The notes beneath the pieces are model-generated. The model ran no database searches. It was given only the letters and a program-made list of their open reading frames with translations, and had not been told where the DNA came from. From an uncultured archaeon (lineage in GTDB: Archaea > Asgardarchaeota > Lokiarchaeia > Sigyniarchaeales > SOKP01): a DNA stretch of 11,743 nt. Positions 6,392 through 11,743 of this stretch are shown piece by piece (within the stretch, counting starts at the first letter, position 1; the number at the start of each line of letters is the position of its first letter). The DNA lies in the NCBI GenBank assembly GCA_964447495.1, contig CAYUTF010000094.1:1-11743 (forward strand), in the 5' to 3' direction. Made by a program: the position numbers and the translations under genes.

Positions 6392-8270
6392 TACCTACCA
6401 CCTCCGGTAATAAAATAACGAAATTACTTCCCTCAGAATAATCCCCTGGGATTTTATCTTCGACCCAAACTTGACCATTATATAAATTAAGGATTTTTTT
6501 CACAAGTGTAAGTCCAATACCTAAGCCACTTACGAATTCTTTGGCGCTATATCCTCTCTGAAAGATTTTTTCTTTCATAATATCAGGGATACCAATTCCG
6601 TTATCGATAAATTCGAATTTTACATAAGGGATATTTTCTTTCTTCTCTTTTGAGATGTTGATTTGGATCTTAATATATGTATTTCGATTATATCGAATTG
6701 CATTAATCAATATATTTTCAAATAAGTCAGAAAGTAATTGATTTGCATAGATGGTGATTTCATTATAGGGAGAATTAATTATGATTTCCACCTTTTTTTC
6801 ATGAAAACTCCTTATCAGAAAATCTCTTACTTCATTTAAAACCTTAAGAGCGTTAACTTCTTCTATTGAGAAAGTTAAGTCTTCAACATCGGATAATGTA
6901 CGAACGTTTGAAACTAAATTTGATCCTCTATTCACCTGATCGTTAATGATACTTAAAAGTTCTCGGCTCTCTTCAGGGAGCATTTTATTTTGAAGTTTAA
7001 TATTCAATAAATCAATTGCGGAAAGAATATTTTGAAGAATGTTATTGATATCATGTGCAAACAAATCTTTATAGAAGTTAGAACGGTTAAAAGATTCCCT
7101 GTATTTTAGTTCAGAATCCTTTAATTTTTCTTCGGTTATTTTCTTTTCTGTGATATCTTTTAGAATAAATTGGACTAGAGTTTCATCAATAATTTTAACC
7201 AAGGATACAGAGGCACTAACCCATATTGTTTTTCCTAAAGTTTGAGCTATAGGAAATGTGAAATCTTTAACTTGTTCTCCACTTATTATTTGTTGAATAA
7301 TTTTTTCAAATCGAGGTATAAGATGGATATTTCCTTCGAATAGAGATAATGCCTCCTTAAAATGAATACCAATAAGATCCTTAATAGTGTGAACAGAAAG
7401 TATATTGTTCGTAGATGAGTTACAATCAAGTATAATTCCGTTCATATCAATTAGAAAAATCGAATAGGGTGAGCTTTCAAATAATTCTCGATACTTTAAT
7501 TGAGTTTTTTTTAGTGATTCTTCTGCTTTTTTTATTTGGGTAATTTCTTTTGTAATCTCTACTGCAGCAACCACTTTACCTTTCTCATTAAAAACAGGAT
7601 CACCTTTAACTAGCCAAATCCTTCCATCAGGTGTAATTATCTCACCTGAAGTAGATTTAGCACTTTTAGTTGTTTTAATAACAGGGCAACCCTCACAAGG
7701 AGAATCTCTACGTGGCCAAATTTCATAACATTTTTTGCCAATCAAATTATGAATTTTCAAACCTACTGACTCAGCAGCAGCTTTGTTTGTCCATAAAATT
7801 TTATTATCTAAATCTTGATAAACTAAATGTTCACTAATGCTTTCTAATATTATTGTTTTTTCTTGCTCTGCTTTTCTGAGTGATTTTTCAATTTGTTTTT
7901 GCCTTGTAAGATCTTCTGTAAAAACAACTACAAAATGAGATGGTATAAATATATATGTCGCTAGAAAGGTTTTCTTTTTGGGTGGTTTTCCTACTTCAAA
8001 TTCAATCTCTTTACAATAATTAAAATTATTATTATAACAATTACGAATATCTATTGCCATCATCGAGTTATTCTCAAACAATAGAGACAATTTTTTTCCA
8101 AGATAATTATTTATCTCACCATCAGTCAGTATTTCTAATGATTTATTAAATTTAATTAATAAGAAATCATCTTCCTTTTTTTCCCAGATATAGACTGGTA
8201 TGGGAATAGAGATAAAAATTGATTTATAGTCCGTATTAGTTGAACTTATTTGCTCCTTAAAATCATTCAT
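6384..8270 (-). CDS. Cytoplasmic multi-PAS sensor histidine kinase
   Basis: Three PAS/PAC-like repeats ending EDLT, KEIT and KDIT. H-box FAHDINNIL, N-box FENILINAIRY, G1 DNGIGI, F-box IFQRG, G2 GLGIGL. No hydrophobic TM segment seen. Confidence 0.93.
   Translation of the reverse strand: MNDFKEQISSTNTDYKSIFISIPIPVYIWEKKEDDFLLIKFNKSLEILTDGEINNYLGKKLSLLFENNSMMAIDIRNCYNNNFNYCKEIEFEVGKPPKKKTFLATYIFIPSHFVVVFTEDLTRQKQIEKSLRKAEQEKTIILESISEHLVYQDLDNKILWTNKAAAESVGLKIHNLIGKKCYEIWPRRDSPCEGCPVIKTTKSAKSTSGEIITPDGRIWLVKGDPVFNEKGKVVAAVEITKEITQIKKAEESLKKTQLKYRELFESSPYSIFLIDMNGIILDCNSSTNNILSVHTIKDLIGIHFKEALSLFEGNIHLIPRFEKIIQQIISGEQVKDFTFPIAQTLGKTIWVSASVSLVKIIDETLVQFILKDITEKKITEEKLKDSELKYRESFNRSNFYKDLFAHDINNILQNILSAIDLLNIKLQNKMLPEESRELLSIINDQVNRGSNLVSNVRTLSDVEDLTFSIEEVNALKVLNEVRDFLIRSFHEKKVEIIINSPYNEITIYANQLLSDLFENILINAIRYNRNTYIKIQINISKEKKENIPYVKFEFIDNGIGIPDIMKEKIFQRGYSAKEFVSGLGIGLTLVKKILNLYNGQVWVEDKIPGDYSEGSNFVILLPEVVGNN
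6399..6405 (-). promoter_or_regulatory. Shine-Dalgarno site for the response regulator, embedded in the kinase 3' end
   Basis: GGAGGTG 7 nt upstream of ATA 6391. Confidence 0.65.
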
Positions 8271-8428
8271 AAGAAACTCATCGATTATATCTTATAAAAA
8301 ATGATACCTAATAGCCTTTTTCTCTTGAATTAAATAGTAAAAGAAGAATTATTTAATCATTCGCATTTTCTAAAGCGTCAATTTAAAAAGAATAATAATA
8401 AAATCATAATAGAAATAGAAATATAAGA

Positions 8429-9229
8429 TTATTTTAAGAATCTTTTCGAAGATAAACGGGTTCCGAGAAACATAAAAAACAATGAAAAGATTAAAGTCAA
8501 AGGTAATTGCCCTAAGACGATGTAAACAAAATTGGGCTCTGCAGACACGGAATATAATACTATTGAAAGAGTAAAATGAATAAGAGAATTTATCAAAGCT
8601 ATTTTCCAATTAGGGGATAAATAACCCAGAATTAAGTTTGGAAGTAAAAATGATAAAATAATATTAGCTGTTGATAATAATATCAAAGCTGGCATGAATC
8701 TTGTAAATAATTGTTCTGGAGTAAGCAGACGATTCAAATCCAAAGTTTCATATATAAAAACGGTTGCATAGATACTCAAAAATATAAGGAATGGAGTGAT
8801 GGGACCTACTATTATCCAAGATAAAAATAATCTTCTAAAAGGAGAAGTTAATGTCTTCCCTTTTAGATTATTATTTATTACTTTTTCTATGTCTTCTTGA
8901 ATAACTTTTTCGGGATCATAATCTGGTGCGTAAAGGTTCACAAATTCTAGCATTATCTCTTTCAAAATAGATGAGACAAGTTCATTATTGTCATTAGAAT
9001 TTACTATAGCCGCTCCAAGTAAATTTTCTTCCACATTGGGATATAAAATTAATTTGTTATTCTCACCTAGATCAACATTCTTTACAATGCTATTTAAAGC
9101 TTCTCGGCTGAAATTAGCAATAGAAGTAAAAAATCCAATAAGTATATTATCATCGTATTGCTTTTTCATGAAATTTTTAGAAAAGAGCAAGAAACCCTGC
9201 TCATCCATAATATATATACTTTTTAACAT
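8429..9229 (-). CDS. Longin-like domain fused to four predicted C-terminal transmembrane helices
   Basis: Residues 1-125 follow the longin beta-beta-alpha-beta-beta-beta-alpha-alpha pattern (MLKSIYIMDEQGFLLFSKNF; ILIGFFTSIANFSRE; LLGAAIV; SILKEIMLEFVNLY). Four hydrophobic stretches follow. RBS-like GAGTGA at 9235-9240. Confidence 0.7.
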   Translation of the reverse strand: MLKSIYIMDEQGFLLFSKNFMKKQYDDNILIGFFTSIANFSREALNSIVKNVDLGENNKLILYPNVEENLLGAAIVNSNDNNELVSSILKEIMLEFVNLYAPDYDPEKVIQEDIEKVINNNLKGKTLTSPFRRLFLSWIIVGPITPFLIFLSIYATVFIYETLDLNRLLTPEQLFTRFMPALILLSTANIILSFLLPNLILGYLSPNWKIALINSLIHFTLSIVLYSVSAEPNFVYIVLGQLPLTLIFSLFFMFLGTRLSSKRFLK

Positions 9230-9249
9230 TTAGTTCACTCACTTTTATC

Positions 9250-10974
9250 TCAATTATGTTGTTCTATTTCTTTCTTATCGATAAATTCAATATATTCACT
9301 TAAAGATGCTTTTACTTTTTTAAAGCTGAACAAACTTGGTCCAAATAGTTCGGTTAATCGCACAATTATACTATTAGGGTTTTCTTTCACAAAAATTTTA
9401 AATTTTTCCATTTTTCGTTCTTCAATTATTAAATCTACTTCTTTTAAAGCATACATTTGTCTAATTACATCATCTCGAGGGTTATTTAGTTCAATATTAA
9501 TAATTTCGCCATTATATGGTAATTCTTCAATTAATTCATCATATGTCCCAATATTGGCTTCCCTTTTAGTTATTGTTAAAATTTGATTACAATTACACAC
9601 AACTCCTTCAGGGGCATGAAAAATGAGAACAATATGAAAATCTTCTTTTATTTTTGCCATGTAATTATTGAATTTCTCGAACTCTAATCGTCCTAACATT
9701 CCAAAAGGTAAAGAAAACATAATAATTGAAGGAGTTTGAAGCAGAGCGCGTCCTATTGAGAAGAGAAGAAATTCTAATGATGTAAATTCTGAAAATTTTT
9801 TATTTTTTTTATTTAGTAATCCTGTTACTTCTAGGGCGTGTTTAATATATTCTTTCTTCTTGCTTATTCTCAATGGAACTCCTGCAATTCTATCACCCAT
9901 GATCTCATCGAATCTAGGACTTATACCAGCGCTTTTTAAAGTTTGATCTAACTCTTGTTTTCTTTTTTTTAAAATTTCATCGATGTTAATCTCATAATGA
10001 ATTGCTTTTTTAATTTTCATTTTTACAATTTTTGAATCATATGCTTCCGGTAAAATAAAAATTCTTTTTTTATCCTTTTCGGAGAGAAGCTGAACAAATC
10101 GACCAAAAATTTCAATTGTTCCTGAAAAATCAGTAAAATTTCCCTTAATTGCTTCAAACAAATCTAATAATTCAATTCTATGATCAGCATTTCTTAAGAT
10201 TTCTTCATCGAATATAATTCCCAGCGATTTTCCTCTATGAATATTAAAGGAAATATCTTTAATTTGATCATGGATGCTCAAATTTCTAACAATTAAATGT
10301 TGTGAATTTTTCTTCAACGGATCCATATTTATTCGATTAGCGATAATTCTGCACAACTCATCTACTATTTCGTAAATGTGAACTGGTTTAGCTTCATTCC
10401 AATTCTTAATTACGTCTTGCTCGAAAAATTTTTTCTCACTGATAATTCTAGATAATGTTTTTGAAAATGAAATATTAGGTAATAAAGGGTGCTTTTCAAA
10501 ATTAATATTTAATGAAATCACAAAATTAGGAAAGAAGACCCGGATTTCTCTATAATAGGGTATATTATCTATGGGATAACTTTCATACTTTTGATCAATG
10601 TATTTTACTTCTTCATCTAAAATTTGTAAATGTTTTCGAAATTCTCTCCGAATTAACTTTCTCATTCGATAGATAATTCTTCTAGGACTTATAAGGCCAT
10701 CATCATCAAAATCGGGTTCAAATAGTATTTCATTAAAATCTAATTCATCTTCGACCGGGGTATATATTTTTAGTAATGGCGTTCCTTTTTCTAAAACCTC
10801 TTTATTTGTAAAAAAAAGAACTTCAAAAAAGGATTTTTTATATATTAAATTAATGATGGAGGCTATTCCAAATGTATTTTCCCGATAAGTCATCCAAAAC
10901 TTTTTAGAAAACCTTATTGCATCCAATATCTTCAGTCTAAGGCGCTCTTTTTCGGAACTATTAGAGTTCTTCAA
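9250..10974 (-). CDS. Degenerate ABC ATPase-like protein with a ~225-aa N-terminal extension (possible UEV/RWD E2-like fold)
   Basis: ABC scaffold is recognisable (LIVRNLS, IKDISFNIHRGKSLGI, FSGTIEIFG, ALEVTGL, IGRALLQTPSIIM), but Walker A, signature and Walker B are replaced. TTG start with GGAGGTG (10982-10988) 7 nt upstream; overlaps the upstream gene by 14 nt. Confidence 0.75.
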   Translation of the reverse strand: MKNSNSSEKERLRLKILDAIRFSKKFWMTYRENTFGIASIINLIYKKSFFEVLFFTNKEVLEKGTPLLKIYTPVEDELDFNEILFEPDFDDDGLISPRRIIYRMRKLIRREFRKHLQILDEEVKYIDQKYESYPIDNIPYYREIRVFFPNFVISLNINFEKHPLLPNISFSKTLSRIISEKKFFEQDVIKNWNEAKPVHIYEIVDELCRIIANRINMDPLKKNSQHLIVRNLSIHDQIKDISFNIHRGKSLGIIFDEEILRNADHRIELLDLFEAIKGNFTDFSGTIEIFGRFVQLLSEKDKKRIFILPEAYDSKIVKMKIKKAIHYEINIDEILKKRKQELDQTLKSAGISPRFDEIMGDRIAGVPLRISKKKEYIKHALEVTGLLNKKNKKFSEFTSLEFLLFSIGRALLQTPSIIMFSLPFGMLGRLEFEKFNNYMAKIKEDFHIVLIFHAPEGVVCNCNQILTITKREANIGTYDELIEELPYNGEIINIELNNPRDDVIRQMYALKEVDLIIEERKMEKFKIFVKENPNSIIVRLTELFGPSLFSFKKVKASLSEYIEFIDKKEIEQHN

Positions 10975-11743
10975 TCTTTGGCACCTCCATTGCTTTATAT
11001 CTAAAGTACTGTTCCATTTTGGAATCAGTTTGCTTTATATTCAAAATTGAATTTTCTCCCATCTCTAATTCAATAATTTGGTGAAGATCAACCATATTTA
11101 GATTGGTAAATAATGAAAAATCGGTTCCAGCTTTATTTTCTAAGACTTTTTCAATTCCTTGTAGGGATTCAAGTCTAGTTATTACATTCTCTTTTATATC
11201 ATTAAAACTAATTTCTATGGATCTACCTTTACCTGGAAGTTGAGTCAGTAAATCTTTAGGTTTTCCAAAATCCAACATCCCACGATTTCTTCCAAATATC
11301 GCAACTTTAGTACAAAATCGTGATTCTTCAGGATAGTGAGTAATGACTATTAATGTTGTTTTAAACTGCTCATTTATTTTTGTGAGAGTTAACCATAAAT
11401 TTTCACGAATGATTGGATCCAATCCTGAAGTAGGCTCATCCAAAATTAAAAAGATTGGATCATGAATTAGCCCTATTGCAATACTAACTCTCCGTTTCTG
11501 GCCTCCTGAAAGATTTCTTACTAATTCATTCATTTTATCTTCAATTTCAAGACTTCGTAGAATCCTTCTTGCTTTTCTAATAATTTCTTTTTCAGATAAA
11601 CCATACTGATTTCCAAAATATAAAATGTTTTCTAAGGTTGTGAAATCTTGGTAAATTTTACCCAAATCTTGTGGAACATACCCATATATCGGTCGAATAC
11701 GCTTAGAATTTCTTTTATTTATGGGTAAACCATATATTTCACA
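10961..11743 (-). CDS. ABC ATP-binding protein (DrrA/ABC-2/ABCA-like), 5' truncated by the window edge
   Basis: Frame is open to base 11743 (CEIYG...IYGYVPQDLGKIY). Q-loop GYVPQ, signature LSGGQ, Walker B/D-loop LILDEPTSGLDP, H-loop IVITH, plus a C-terminal accessory domain. Walker A lies outside the window. Confidence 0.93.
   Translation of the reverse strand, partial: CEIYGLPINKRNSKRIRPIYGYVPQDLGKIYQDFTTLENILYFGNQYGLSEKEIIRKARRILRSLEIEDKMNELVRNLSGGQKRRVSIAIGLIHDPIFLILDEPTSGLDPIIRENLWLTLTKINEQFKTTLIVITHYPEESRFCTKVAIFGRNRGMLDFGKPKDLLTQLPGKGRSIEISFNDIKENVITRLESLQGIEKVLENKAGTDFSLFTNLNMVDLHQIIELEMGENSILNIKQTDSKMEQYFRYKAMEVPKIEEL
10982..10988 (-). promoter_or_regulatory. Shine-Dalgarno site for the pseudo-ATPase, embedded in the upstream ATPase 3' end
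   Basis: GGAGGTG 7 nt upstream of TTG 10974. Confidence 0.7.

Noticed and set aside
8370-8609. 79-aa - strand ORF overlapping the longin-TM gene
   Set aside because: Alternate frame of a T-rich TM-coding region, mostly nested in the larger gene, with no recognisable domain.
8988-9233. 81-aa + strand ORF
   Set aside because: Antisense shadow of the longin-like domain.
9250-9252. TGA stop as possible selenocysteine read-through into the longin gene
   Set aside because: The protein ends about where its paralog ends, no SECIS-like element was recognised, and the next gene has its own RBS-like site and ATG.
9250-10974. Calling the degenerate ABC gene a pseudogene
   Set aside because: The ORF is uninterrupted, has a strong RBS and keeps its structural residues; loss is concentrated in the catalytic motifs.
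11663-11665. TTG start at 11665 for the ABC ATPase (likewise ATG 16 for the kinase)
   Set aside because: Both frames stay open to the window edge and conserved N-terminal motifs are missing, so these are truncations.
1-11743. CRISPR arrays, tRNA/rRNA genes, transposases and long tandem repeats
   Set aside because: None seen; intergenic spaces are short and AT-rich with no repeat-spacer periodicity or GC-rich structured RNA.

Overview
AT-rich, gene-dense prokaryotic window that reads as archaeal and most likely Asgard (Lokiarchaeia-like). This is inferred from GGAGGTG/GAGGTGA ribosome-binding sites, oligo-T terminator-like tracts, a longin-like protein and a soluble multi-PAS kinase with a stand-alone receiver. 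The + strand carries the 3' part of an FGGY sugar kinase and a small ParB/Srx-like protein. The - strand, in transcription order from the right edge, carries: a partial canonical ABC ATPase; a paralogous ABC pseudo-ATPase with all major catalytic motifs lost and a possible UEV/RWD (E2-fold) N-terminal extension; a longin-like domain fused to four predicted TM helices; a PAS histidine kinase and a receiver protein that apparently needs a non-ATG start; a VAO/PCMH-like flavoprotein paired with an HdrD/GlcF-like Fe-S protein; and a membrane-anchored legumain/Gpi8-like (C13) peptidase with a beta-rich domain inserted in its catalytic fold. The best candidate for an undescribed system is the coupled three-gene module ABC ATPase / pseudo-ATPase / longin-4TM (8429-11743). 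All domain calls come from motif recognition by eye; no searches were run. No RNA genes, CRISPR arrays or mobile elements were seen.
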